From IMG/VR virus record IMGVR_UViG_3300027985_001356, positions 1 through 53,100 of that record: 53,100 nt of DNA. One strand, 5' to 3'. Origin of the DNA: a virus. Its lineage: Duplodnaviria; Caudoviricetes. The position numbers were made by a program, and so were the translations under genes. Below, piece by piece: positions 36,593-46,386 of the stretch (positions are counted from its first letter, which is position 1; each line of letters opens with the position of its first letter). Under the pieces are notes generated by a model. The model saw nothing but the letters and a program-made list of their open reading frames with translations, ran no database searches and was not told the origin of the DNA.

Positions 36593-36958
36593 GTGTCAGA
36601 TTTTGCGCTTGATAGCGAAGGAGACCTAGACCTAACGGGCAACCAACTCAACATCGTCATAGACGATGCGGCTATCGTTCAGCATTTAGAGATACGGTTT
36701 AAGTTCATCTTAGGGGAATGGTTTCTCGACACCAGGGTGGGGATCCATTATTTTGGTGAGATCCTGATCAAGAACCCGGATTTAACCCGAGTGCGTAGCC
36801 TTTTCCGGCAGACAATCTTGACCACCCCAGGCATCGCCCAGCTAGAGCAATTCAGTCTTGACTTCGACGGTGCTACAAGAAAGTTATCCCATAATTTCCT
36901 TGCTCGAAAGACCGATGGGGAGCTTCTCGAGTTTAATAAGGAGTTCATTATCCAATGA
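36593..36958 (+). CDS. Baseplate wedge / sheath initiator (gp25-like)
   Basis: GEWFLDTRVG..Y, ILTTPG. Confidence 0.85.
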   Translation: MSDFALDSEGDLDLTGNQLNIVIDDAAIVQHLEIRFKFILGEWFLDTRVGIHYFGEILIKNPDLTRVRSLFRQTILTTPGIAQLEQFSLDFDGATRKLSHNFLARKTDGELLEFNKEFIIQ

Positions 36959-39177
36959 CCTTTGGAGTTACACCGCAAGGTTTTAATATCAAGACTCTCG
37001 AGGTCATCCTCGACGAAATCCAGCAATCGCAGAGATCCGCCTTCGGCCCTGCATTTAACACTCAGGCAGACAGTGCGGCTGGGCAGTTAAATGGGATATT
37101 TGGCGACAAGCTAGCAGAGGCGTGGGAAGTACTGCTAGCGGTCTATCGTGCACTGCATGTCGATTCGGCAACCGGAGAGTCTCAGGATGCTGTCGCCGCA
37201 CTGACAGGGGCAACCCGCCTAGGTGCTGCACCGAGCACTGTTACGCTTAAACTAAATTTAGACCCCGCAACGACGGTCCCCATCCTAAGTGTTGTAAGCA
37301 TTGGCCCCGGTGGTGCCAGATGGGTAACCCAGGCAGCCGCAACGAACGCCGGATCCGATCAGGCAACGATCGAAGTGGAGGCCAACTCAGAGGATTCCGC
37401 CCCTATCGTCGGCAATGCGTATTCTATCGATACCATTGCGACGCCCATATCTGGATGGTCCGCAAAGGCAGCTGTCACAAACCTGAATGCAGAGCCTTTC
37501 GCGCTCGTTGATCTTCAGACACTCCTGATCCAGGTTGATGAAGGAGCCACGCAGACTGTTGTATTCAATACTGCCGATTTCGTTTCCATCGGTGCGGCAA
37601 CAGCCCAAGAGGTGATTGATGCAATCAAGGCAGACACCACAGGGATCGACGGGCTTGATGTCACAGGGTTTATTCGGCTCTTCAGTGAGCTTGATGGTAG
37701 CGGCAGCGCGTTACGCATTGTCGGCGGGACGGCTTTTGAGGCGTTGGGTTTTTCTCAAGAGCTCATCAAAGGATTTAATCCGTCAACAGCTGCAAAGATA
37801 ATTAACGCGACCAATGAAACCTACAACATGAGCGGCAGTCCAACGCTGTTTGTGGCAGTAGACGGGACCAGCTCTCAAACAATCACGTTCGTCGATGCAG
37901 ACTTTGGCACCGCAGCGACAGGGAGTATCCAGGCCATTGCCGCGAGCCTTTTGGCTGTCGGGGTGGATACAGATGGCTTTGTCTTAGACGATGGTGTCAA
38001 TCCGGCAGTAACGTTTACGTTCGACGATGACGCCAGCGTAGTAGAGACAGCGACGCTGCGCGCAATTGCTCATAACGGTACACAGGCCGCAAGTCAGATG
38101 CGGACTCTGATTGTCACAGCGATCAATGCAGCGCCAACATTGGCGATTACTGCAAGCCCTGGAATATCGAACTCGGTCATAGATCTTGTAAACGATGCCA
38201 CTGGGGTGGCTGGCAATGTGGCGATCACTGAAACTGTAGCGGATGTTACTTTTACGGTGACAGGAATGGCCGGGGGCGTGAACGATACGCCAGCGACAGC
38301 AACAGCAATCCAGGTAGCGAGGGCTATTACCAACAATCTAGTCGGAGGAGTCGCTTACGAAGTTGGCGGGAAAGTCCAGATAGAATCCCTGGTTGTAGGC
38401 GCCAACAGTCTCATCGAGGTCACAGGAGGCTCTGCTAATACGGTGCTTGGTTATACCGTTAACGACCTGCAGGGTGGGACGATTGGCGATGCCGAGCTGG
38501 GACGGAACATAGAGACTCATGCAGAATTCCGAATCCGAAGAGAGCAGCTACTTAGACTTGCAGGCGCCGGTACGCTAGAGGCAACGCGTTCCGCAGTCTT
38601 GAACGTGTCCAATGTCGTTCAGGCGTTCGTCTTCGAGAATTTCACAAATTTCGTAGATGCCTTTGGGCGTCCCGGTAAGTCATTTGAGGTTGTGGTGCAG
38701 GGTGGCGATGATACCGAAATCGCCCAGACCATTTTCGACAAAAAGCCTCTTGGCATTGAGTCATACAAGGTTCCAGGCCCCAATGGGGTCACAGTTGCGA
38801 TCATAGATTCGCAAGGGGTGTCTGTCGATATCAATTTCAGCCGGCCTGATACAATACAAATGCACGTCATCGCTGATATTGTAGTATCTGCCGCTGAGTT
38901 TGGCGGGGGCAGTCAGGTGGACGGCGAACAGCAAGTCCGCGAGGCGATTTTGGCAGTGGGTGACAGTCTCCAGATTGGGCAAGATATTGTGATCCTGTCC
39001 TTTCGGTGTGCTCCGCTTGCATCTGCGGTGGGCGGAGTCGCGGGTGTTCTGGATGTTACATCAATGTTAATTGAGAATGTAGATCCTCCTACGAATGCTG
39101 ATAATATCGGAATCTCTGATAGGTCGTTGGCAACGTTTGCAATTGCCGACATCGACCTCAACGTGACCTTTGTCTAA
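36955..39177 (+). CDS. Baseplate J-like protein with large internal insertion
   Basis: FGVTPQGF, ATGESQD, GRNIET..EFR.R, EVVVQGG..IAQTIF.KKPLGI. Confidence 0.88.
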   Translation: MTFGVTPQGFNIKTLEVILDEIQQSQRSAFGPAFNTQADSAAGQLNGIFGDKLAEAWEVLLAVYRALHVDSATGESQDAVAALTGATRLGAAPSTVTLKLNLDPATTVPILSVVSIGPGGARWVTQAAATNAGSDQATIEVEANSEDSAPIVGNAYSIDTIATPISGWSAKAAVTNLNAEPFALVDLQTLLIQVDEGATQTVVFNTADFVSIGAATAQEVIDAIKADTTGIDGLDVTGFIRLFSELDGSGSALRIVGGTAFEALGFSQELIKGFNPSTAAKIINATNETYNMSGSPTLFVAVDGTSSQTITFVDADFGTAATGSIQAIAASLLAVGVDTDGFVLDDGVNPAVTFTFDDDASVVETATLRAIAHNGTQAASQMRTLIVTAINAAPTLAITASPGISNSVIDLVNDATGVAGNVAITETVADVTFTVTGMAGGVNDTPATATAIQVARAITNNLVGGVAYEVGGKVQIESLVVGANSLIEVTGGSANTVLGYTVNDLQGGTIGDAELGRNIETHAEFRIRREQLLRLAGAGTLEATRSAVLNVSNVVQAFVFENFTNFVDAFGRPGKSFEVVVQGGDDTEIAQTIFDKKPLGIESYKVPGPNGVTVAIIDSQGVSVDINFSRPDTIQMHVIADIVVSAAEFGGGSQVDGEQQVREAILAVGDSLQIGQDIVILSFRCAPLASAVGGVAGVLDVTSMLIENVDPPTNADNIGISDRSLATFAIADIDLNVTFV

Positions 39178-39743
39178 TGGCCTATTCGAAAAAAGATACG
39201 CACGTTGAAGAGGGTCTGGCGAACCTGATTTCGCAATTCGAAGACAAGAAAAAGATCCGCGATCTGCTCACGGGGTACTTGTCTCAAATCCAAAACATAG
39301 AAGACGCCGCTTCTGGCGTTATACGCATCCTGGACAAAGACAGCGCGGTAGGAAAGCAGCTAGACCTCATAGGTGCTCTGGTTGGCGAGCCCAGATCTGG
39401 CCGGACCGATGCCAACTATCTTGTGGCGATCAACGCTCGTATCGCCCTGAATAATTCCGAAGCAACCCGGAATGAGGTTATTAATATTGCCATCCTTGTG
39501 GCTGGCTCCCCCATTACTGTTACTGTCACGGAACAGTATCCAGCTGCTTTTGATATGGTCATCGACGGAGACATTGACCCATCTCTGGTTAAAACCACCA
39601 GGATGGCAGCTTTTATCTCGAGCGCTAGAGGTGAGGGGATAAAAGGGGTGCTGATCTTCCAGGTGGCGGGTTCTTTTCAGTATGATGGTGTTGGTTCTGT
39701 CGGGTTTGATGATGGAAAATACGCGATGGCTTTGGACGCATAG
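39177..39743 (+). CDS. Baseplate wedge protein (DUF2612-like)
   Basis: LISQF, AVGKQLDLIG..VG..R. Confidence 0.85.
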   Translation: MAYSKKDTHVEEGLANLISQFEDKKKIRDLLTGYLSQIQNIEDAASGVIRILDKDSAVGKQLDLIGALVGEPRSGRTDANYLVAINARIALNNSEATRNEVINIAILVAGSPITVTVTEQYPAAFDMVIDGDIDPSLVKTTRMAAFISSARGEGIKGVLIFQVAGSFQYDGVGSVGFDDGKYAMALDA

Positions 39744-39751
39744 GACTTTTT

Positions 39752-40897
39752 ATGGCGACTTTTACAAAACCAATCAAAATACCAAGATGGGCTGATACAG
39801 GTACTATTGTCGAGCCCTCTGAGCCTCAGAAGGATTCCGGTTGGACCTTCCAACAGGTCCCCCCATCGTCCATGGAAAACTGGAAGGAGAATCTGACAGG
39901 GCAATGGTTCAAATGGATTGACGAAAGAATGAACGATGGCGGAACAGCTGATACGTTCGTTCTCAGAAACCCAGCGGCGGCGAATGACTTCTTTGCTGTT
40001 TCGAGAACTGCGGATGTCATCTCGATTAACTTCTCCGGCTCCAATGATTTGGTGTTTGATGTTACGGCTGCTTCGGAGTTTTTTGATATCCGTGTAGCTG
40101 GGGCTACCGCATCCACTCGTCATAGGTCAGATCGGGTGAATGTCCCAGGAGCTTTAGTTGTAGGAAGCGCTGATGGCGCTGGGATCGCGGCAGGTGTGAT
40201 ATCCGCATCGGTAGGATTTAATCTTGGCGGGACAGTTACCCCTAGGGCTGGAGTAGGGATAGCGACTGAGGCGCTCGTTGTGGGGACTGATCTGGATTAC
40301 CCCGATCTCTTCGATAGCGATGAGGGTATTATCATCAATGATATTAATTTCCGAATCCACGGAGGAGGAACGACCTTTCCAACTTTTGCCTTTGATAGCC
40401 TAGATTCGCTTACGTACGATCGCAATAACGATCGACTAATATTATCCATTGCTAGTAACACTTGGGGGTTTGATAGTACGTCTATCACACCTTTTTCCAT
40501 CGGAACCAGAGATCTAGGTACCCCCACTTTCTATCTCAACGAACTGAATGCCGAACGGTTCACCCCGCGAGGAAGCACCGTTGAAGATCCGGTAAATACT
40601 AGGTTTGAATATGGCAAAGCTAATCTTCCAACGCTCCTAGCTAAGCTGAACAGCACCACAGCTGCCGTGATCGGGACGAGCTGGAATGTTGCGAGCACGT
40701 CAAAGCCCGCTACAGGCAGATACGTTATCACTCCAACCGAAGCTGTTAGCAGTGACTCGGTAATTGTATCAGCGGTAACTCTGGGTATCGGACGATGGGC
40801 AACCGCATTCGTGACTGGCGGGACCGTCGAGATCAATGTATGGCTAGACAATGCTACCTTGTCTGATTCTCCACCGTCAGTTGTAGTCTACGGATAG
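39752..40897 (+). CDS. Tail fibre protein
   Basis: WA..G..VEP...GW...PP...NW N-terminal anchor after wedge gene. Confidence 0.8.
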   Translation: MATFTKPIKIPRWADTGTIVEPSEPQKDSGWTFQQVPPSSMENWKENLTGQWFKWIDERMNDGGTADTFVLRNPAAANDFFAVSRTADVISINFSGSNDLVFDVTAASEFFDIRVAGATASTRHRSDRVNVPGALVVGSADGAGIAAGVISASVGFNLGGTVTPRAGVGIATEALVVGTDLDYPDLFDSDEGIIINDINFRIHGGGTTFPTFAFDSLDSLTYDRNNDRLILSIASNTWGFDSTSITPFSIGTRDLGTPTFYLNELNAERFTPRGSTVEDPVNTRFEYGKANLPTLLAKLNSTTAAVIGTSWNVASTSKPATGRYVITPTEAVSSDSVIVSAVTLGIGRWATAFVTGGTVEINVWLDNATLSDSPPSVVVYG

Positions 40898-40919
40898 AAG
40901 AAAGGGACCCATCCCCCAC

Positions 40920-41252
40920 ATGTCAAATCTTTTAATTATATCGATGAGCAGCAATCAGATAATGACCTACTTTCGTCCTGATCAGAACTATTCTAATTTG
41001 GCGGAGATTGCGGAGGCTTGCAGGGTGCAGCACTTTCCTCTCGAGTCTGTCTCTAAGTATGCTCTGTGCGATACGGAAGAGACTGAAAGGGTGGTTGATG
41101 GCGGCAAAAATCTGCTTACGGGTAGCGTTTCCGGCGGGGGCGACTTCTCCATAAAATTAAAAAGCGCCGTAACAACTGAGACCATTATCCCGCCGTCTGG
41201 CGTATCTGTCGCAGATATCCCCAGTACTGACAATGTCGTTTGTTACACCTAA
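40920..41252 (+). CDS. Hypothetical protein (possible fibre chaperone)
   Basis: Follows fibre gene. Confidence 0.6.
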   Translation: MSNLLIISMSSNQIMTYFRPDQNYSNLAEIAEACRVQHFPLESVSKYALCDTEETERVVDGGKNLLTGSVSGGGDFSIKLKSAVTTETIIPPSGVSVADIPSTDNVVCYT

Positions 41253-41264
41253 GAAGGAGACGCT

Positions 41265-41537
41265 ATGCAGCCAGCCCCTCAAATAGCCCCTACGTTAGAC
41301 CCAGATAAGATTGTAGCGGAGTTGCTCGAAGGCAAGTTGACAACAAAGAGCGAAATACTGAATTACTTCGTGGGCCAGGTTAGATCTTTACTTGAGGATG
41401 GAGCGAAAGCGCAATCCGAATACAACACGGTATTGCAACGAAAGACAGAGCTCGAGGAAAAGGCAACGGGCATTAGAGCGTCTCTTCGCAAGTACCGCGA
41501 TGACATCAAAAACCATCTAGACCAGCTGGAAAAATGA
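41265..41537 (+). CDS. Coiled-coil protein (possible fibre chaperone)
   Basis: AAGGAG SD; heptad pattern. Confidence 0.65.
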   Translation: MQPAPQIAPTLDPDKIVAELLEGKLTTKSEILNYFVGQVRSLLEDGAKAQSEYNTVLQRKTELEEKATGIRASLRKYRDDIKNHLDQLEK

Positions 41538-41845
41538 GCGCACTCCCCAAATTCCCTGTTTGTTTCGTCGAGAATGACGAGAAGCCTGCGCTTGTCGCGA
41601 CATTGGTGGGGCAAGATCTAACAGGGTATACGATTACGCTGCATGTCCTTAGGCCTGATGGCACGGTCCTGATTAAGAGCGCCACGCCAATCGACCTAGT
41701 TCAAGGACACTTTCAGTTTGTATGGATCGCTGGCGATCTACAGGCAGGCTTCAATCAGGAGGTTGAAATCCAGTTTGTAGATCTGAGTTCCAAGCCACTT
41801 ACGAGCGGCCTGTTTCTCATAGACGTGAGGAAGGAAATCGCGTAA
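41534..41845 (+). CDS. BppU-like adaptor protein, copy 1
   Basis: ENDEKP..DLTGYTI...G.FQFVW.AGDL.AG...EI. Confidence 0.7.
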   Translation: MSALPKFPVCFVENDEKPALVATLVGQDLTGYTITLHVLRPDGTVLIKSATPIDLVQGHFQFVWIAGDLQAGFNQEVEIQFVDLSSKPLTSGLFLIDVRKEIA

Positions 41846-42480
41846 TGGCCGATGGTCTCATAGATTTGATTCTTACAGCAGATGACACCGCTTTGAATCT
41901 AAGCGCAGAGACACAGCAGCTGGTCATATCCATCCCCTCCCCTCTGGCCGCTGGAGAAATCAATACGGGCGCCAACGTTGGAGGCGGGGCCGAGGTCTTC
42001 AGGGACAAGGTAGGAAATGTCTTAAACCTGCGGACCCTGATAGGGAACTCCCCCATTTCGGTCGCTCAGGTTGGGGATACGGTTGAGATCAGTACCAGTG
42101 TTGGATCGAGCCAGGTCACCGTTGACACGGTTGATCCAACAGTTAATGACGATGCTTTGAATGGGTTCTCTGTTGGGAACTTTTGGGTCAATACCACGAC
42201 AGATTTCGTTTTTGTCTTGGTCGATGCGACCACAGGGGCAGCGATCTGGGATCAATTCGCAGGTCCTGTCTGGCAAGAGGATGAGTTCATCGCTACTGCA
42301 GCTCAGATTACATTCATCCTGAGCCAGGCCCCCAGGGATCCGGAATCCTTTGGCCTCTATGTAAATGGAGTACTGATCAACGATGTTGTAAACTACACCC
42401 TCTCCGGGGTGACGGTGACATGGTTAAATATCCTTTTTGTCATGGGGGCAGGGGACGAGGTAATCGCAAAGTATCGGTAA
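41845..42480 (+). CDS. Fibre/appendage protein
   Basis: DPTVNDD..GFSVG.FWVN..DAT.GAAIW; C-term YVNGV..NYTLSG. Confidence 0.75.
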   Translation: MADGLIDLILTADDTALNLSAETQQLVISIPSPLAAGEINTGANVGGGAEVFRDKVGNVLNLRTLIGNSPISVAQVGDTVEISTSVGSSQVTVDTVDPTVNDDALNGFSVGNFWVNTTTDFVFVLVDATTGAAIWDQFAGPVWQEDEFIATAAQITFILSQAPRDPESFGLYVNGVLINDVVNYTLSGVTVTWLNILFVMGAGDEVIAKYR

Positions 42481-42512
42481 GTCTATTCCGATCGAATAAG
42501 GAGTTTTGAAAA

Positions 42513-43874
42513 ATGGCCAGAATCAGAGGTAAACAGCTAGAGAACGCTACTGTAACAGCCACACAGGTAGACGTTACCAATGGGACTATTTCCACGATAA
42601 ACGCCGGGGATGCCGCTGTCGAGGGTGCTGGCTCCGGACTGTCCAGGCGTGATCATCAACATGCCGTCGCAACTGGGGCTGCCACCGCTCAGATTGACAT
42701 CGGCGATGCAGCGGCAGAGGGGTCGAGCGCAAACCTGGCGCGCGAAGACCATCAGCACGCTCTCCCCGCACCTGCCGCCCCTGCGGACGTCACAAAATCA
42801 GCTGCAGCAGCCGGTGCCGCTACTACCGTAGCCAGAGCAGACCATAAACACGACGTCTCAACAGCGGCAGCGATTGAGCTCACGGATTCGACGAACGCAG
42901 AGGGTACAGCGACCTCTCTGGCCAGATCTGATCATACGCATGCGCATGGAGTCAGGGGCGGGGGAACCCTCCACGCTGTTGCTACCGGCGGTTCCGCCGG
43001 GTTTATGTCGGCAGCAGACAAAACCAAGCTCGATAGCCTTGAAGAGCTGAGCGCCATTGATGCGAAAGAGTCGGTGCGTATCAAAACACAGGTGAACGAC
43101 TCTTTGTCTGGACTTGCAGCCAGAGATGGGATCACCCCAGTAGCTGGAGACAGGGTGTTAGTACCAGAGCAGACGACCGCGTCCGAAGACGGTATCTACA
43201 TTGCCGCGGCTGGCGCCTGGTCACGCTCTGCTGACATGCCGACAGGGACCGAAGCTCGTGGTGTAAGGGTATGGGTCGAAGAGGGGACCGTAGATGGACA
43301 GAGGCTGTATGCATGTGACAATGTCGACGGGTCGGATGTCGTCGGCACGGATGGGTTGACGTTTGCGTTGATCGGAGCCGGGTCACCACGCGGAGCCGGG
43401 GCTGGTCTCATTCTCAACGGCAATAATCTCGACGTGGTTGCGGCCAACGGATCAATCACTGTAAACGCTGATGATATCACCGTTGGTGTTCTTCAGAACG
43501 ACGCGATGCACGGAAACCTGGGTGGCGGCGCGCTCCACGCTGATGCCACCACCTCTGTCGACGGTTTCATGTCTGCGGCGGATAAGACGAAGCTCGACGG
43601 GGTTGCTACTGGCGCAGAAGTCAATACTACTCCAAATCAGGAATCTGTTACCACACAGGTGATAACTGGTACCGATACAGCAATTACCGATACGCTAAAC
43701 GCAACGCCAAGTAGCAATGCCGAAGTGAAATTATTTTTGAACCAAGTCTTTCAAGAGCAAGGGGCTGGGCGGGACTATACGATTTCTGGGACAACGATCA
43801 CTTGGCTCGCCAGCACTGGAACCGCGGTAGATATGGATACGAGTGATAGGTTGGTTGCTGTCTATAGAAGCTAA
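42513..43874 (+). CDS. Fibre protein with RxDHxH repeats
   Basis: Four RxDHxH; two GFMSAADKTKLD; GDRVLV..Q..EDGIY domain. Confidence 0.8.
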   Translation: MARIRGKQLENATVTATQVDVTNGTISTINAGDAAVEGAGSGLSRRDHQHAVATGAATAQIDIGDAAAEGSSANLAREDHQHALPAPAAPADVTKSAAAAGAATTVARADHKHDVSTAAAIELTDSTNAEGTATSLARSDHTHAHGVRGGGTLHAVATGGSAGFMSAADKTKLDSLEELSAIDAKESVRIKTQVNDSLSGLAARDGITPVAGDRVLVPEQTTASEDGIYIAAAGAWSRSADMPTGTEARGVRVWVEEGTVDGQRLYACDNVDGSDVVGTDGLTFALIGAGSPRGAGAGLILNGNNLDVVAANGSITVNADDITVGVLQNDAMHGNLGGGALHADATTSVDGFMSAADKTKLDGVATGAEVNTTPNQESVTTQVITGTDTAITDTLNATPSSNAEVKLFLNQVFQEQGAGRDYTISGTTITWLASTGTAVDMDTSDRLVAVYRS

Positions 43875-44389
43875 TGGCCAAAATTAGACTAAAACAGCTT
43901 GACCAAGACGGGGCCACCAACGGCCAGGTCGTCGCCTGGAACAATACAAATGGAGTATGGGAGCCTACCACTGGTGGTGGTGGTGGGCTCAACAATGTTG
44001 TGGAGGACACGACACCCCAGCTCGGGGGGACACTGGATTGCCAGAGTAACGAGATCGACAACGTTGAACTCATCACCTACGAGGCCGAGCATGATAATGG
44101 CGACAGCGGGACAGCGGACACGATCGACTGGAACAATGGACAGAAGCAGCGGAGTAGGCTTACGGGGAATGTGACATACACATTTACAGCACCGCCTGGC
44201 CCTGGTAACTTTATTCTAAAGACTACCCAGGATACCACCGGAGGAAGGACTATAACCTGGCCAGGGACGGTGCTATGGCCAGGAGGTACGGCACCTGTTG
44301 GCACAAGTCCGGCGAACTCTGTAGACATTTGGTCTTTTTATTACGACGGGACAAACTATTACGCCGTGATGTCTGCAAATTACTCATAA
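43874..44389 (+). CDS. Fibre/appendage protein
   Basis: EDTTPQLGG.LD; IDWNNG..Q; QD.TGGRTITWP..V.WPGG. Confidence 0.78.
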   Translation: MAKIRLKQLDQDGATNGQVVAWNNTNGVWEPTTGGGGGLNNVVEDTTPQLGGTLDCQSNEIDNVELITYEAEHDNGDSGTADTIDWNNGQKQRSRLTGNVTYTFTAPPGPGNFILKTTQDTTGGRTITWPGTVLWPGGTAPVGTSPANSVDIWSFYYDGTNYYAVMSANYS

Positions 44390-44409
44390 GAGATGGAGGG
44401 ATAATTGTT

Positions 44410-44871
44410 ATGGCAAACGAAATCTTCGTGGTGTTCGTAAACAGTGACAGCTCGCTAAGCCCTGTCCGCGTCCTGGCAACAAACTTTGCATCTCTGGCAG
44501 ATCCTAGGCCTATGATCATGGCGAAATTTCGCAGGCCCAACACGAGCGGCGCTGGATATTTTGAAGATGAATATTCGGGGTGGCCCTGCTTTGCGATCAA
44601 ACGATACCAGGCGAAGGCGGGAACCAGTGGTGGACATACCATTACTCGCTGCCGGGAAAAGGAAGGCCCAACTCCATCTGAGGCACGCGAAGTCCATTAC
44701 GACGACGATGAATCAAACGGAAGGCAAGTAGTCTGGCCAAATAGCATCCCGCAGGCCGCAGTGGGTGGGACCGGAGTCCTCCTGCTAGGTTACGATTTGG
44801 ACGCACCAGACTGGTCATCGTTACTGGAAACAGCTAGAGCACTTAACGCAGACGACACCCCGCTAACGTGA
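44410..44871 (+). CDS. Hypothetical protein (fibre region)
   Basis: GGAGG SD, ATG 44410. Confidence 0.65.
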   Translation: MANEIFVVFVNSDSSLSPVRVLATNFASLADPRPMIMAKFRRPNTSGAGYFEDEYSGWPCFAIKRYQAKAGTSGGHTITRCREKEGPTPSEAREVHYDDDESNGRQVVWPNSIPQAAVGGTGVLLLGYDLDAPDWSSLLETARALNADDTPLT

Positions 44872-44874
44872 ACC

Positions 44875-46053
44875 ATGAGGGTCTTGGTTCAATGGGCTAG
44901 GTCCGTGGCGGCGGACTGGGAAGTGATGGATTCTGCGGACTGGGTAAACCTTCCAAAAAAATCACTCCCAACCAACGCGGGCAGCCAATCTGTTGATTCC
45001 GCCGCCGGATGGATTAATGCTGTAAATATCCAGGGGGTAATTTTTGCCGCCGACATGGTCTCCGTAGAACATCGCGCAGATGGCGGTGTGCGCGTGATCA
45101 TGGTTAATGATGATTTGAGATTCTGGGCCGGGATGCGATATGCGCGCGTGGTCGACATCCCGCCGCTGGGTGTGGATGTCAACCTCGGAGGTGCGATCAA
45201 CACGCTGTCAACGCAAACAGCGTACGGCGAACAGGGTTTCCTGGATATCGCTCTAGCCAATCCATCTACTAGGACACAGTACAAGCCATGGAAAGATTTT
45301 GAATATCCGCCGGAGGCTCTCCGGAGATATGGCGTCATGCTGCCAGACGAACTTTATAATAGCCATATCGACGCCCAGTCATTGCACGGATGGAGGGAGT
45401 GGGTCGAACACCTTCCAGATTCGGAAATTGAAAACGGCAGGTTAAAGTCCCAGCGAGATCAGGGGCGCTACGTCAAAGCGATAGGCACAAGAACATTTTA
45501 TCACAATGTTGCTGCCGCCACCATTGGTGCATATACCGCCACCAACGAAAATGACCTGGGTACTAGCGCGGCAGGAACTACAGACCAAGCTAGCGGTAAT
45601 ATCGGACTAACCGGACTTCTAGTATGGGCGTCGGCTACGGCATCCCCATCTGGCCCGGATGCACAGCACTGGCCATCGGGTAATTATCGCCATCAGATAG
45701 ACTGCACAGTGACAACCCCTGATTTAAACTTCGGGTGTCTCGATCAGGACTCAGCAACAGGCGGGTTCGCCAGGATTAACAGCGCAAGAACTGCCGAGCT
45801 TGAGCGGAAACAACAGCAGGAATCTGCGTTCTCGCTTACGGGATTACACTTGGCGACCACCGGAAGCGTAGGATGGGAGGCAGGTGCTACCAGTAACCAG
45901 GTGGCCATATTGATTACTGGAAAAAAGGTTGCAGGCCACGGAAACGATTCGATGACATTGCAGCTTGGGGAGACTGATGATTTTATTGATGGACCATGGG
46001 ACCCGATCGATCGCATTCATCCACTGAACGCTTTTGCGGGAATAAACAGTTAG
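44875..46053 (+). CDS. Hypothetical virion-region protein
   Basis: 392-aa ORF in late operon. Confidence 0.7.
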   Translation: MRVLVQWARSVAADWEVMDSADWVNLPKKSLPTNAGSQSVDSAAGWINAVNIQGVIFAADMVSVEHRADGGVRVIMVNDDLRFWAGMRYARVVDIPPLGVDVNLGGAINTLSTQTAYGEQGFLDIALANPSTRTQYKPWKDFEYPPEALRRYGVMLPDELYNSHIDAQSLHGWREWVEHLPDSEIENGRLKSQRDQGRYVKAIGTRTFYHNVAAATIGAYTATNENDLGTSAAGTTDQASGNIGLTGLLVWASATASPSGPDAQHWPSGNYRHQIDCTVTTPDLNFGCLDQDSATGGFARINSARTAELERKQQQESAFSLTGLHLATTGSVGWEAGATSNQVAILITGKKVAGHGNDSMTLQLGETDDFIDGPWDPIDRIHPLNAFAGINS

Positions 46054-46062
46054 GACCAACGA

Positions 46063-46386
46063 ATGGCAAAAGGATCTTCTGTACTAGAATTTGTCGAAAA
46101 TGACCTCCTCCCCTTCCTCGATGTTGAGTGGGAAGACCAGGATATTACAGGGTTTGACATCAAGCTCCATATCCGTAAGCCCAATGGTCTGACAGTCACA
46201 AAGACGGCTGTGATCGACGATGCAAATGCTGGCAACGTGGTTGGGGTTGCGAGATTTCATTTTGAATGGACGGCAGGAGACCTGATTGCTGGTGAGAGCT
46301 CTGCTGAGATCGAAGTTTTCGATGCTCTTCTCAAGAATGAGACGTTCCAAGGATTGGTTTTAAAAGTCTCAAAGGAAATCGCATGA
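46063..46386 (+). CDS. BppU-like adaptor protein, copy 2
   Basis: ENDLLP..QDITGFDI...FHFEWTAGDLIAG..EIE..KEIA; paralogue of 41534..41845. Confidence 0.7.
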   Translation: MAKGSSVLEFVENDLLPFLDVEWEDQDITGFDIKLHIRKPNGLTVTKTAVIDDANAGNVVGVARFHFEWTAGDLIAGESSAEIEVFDALLKNETFQGLVLKVSKEIA

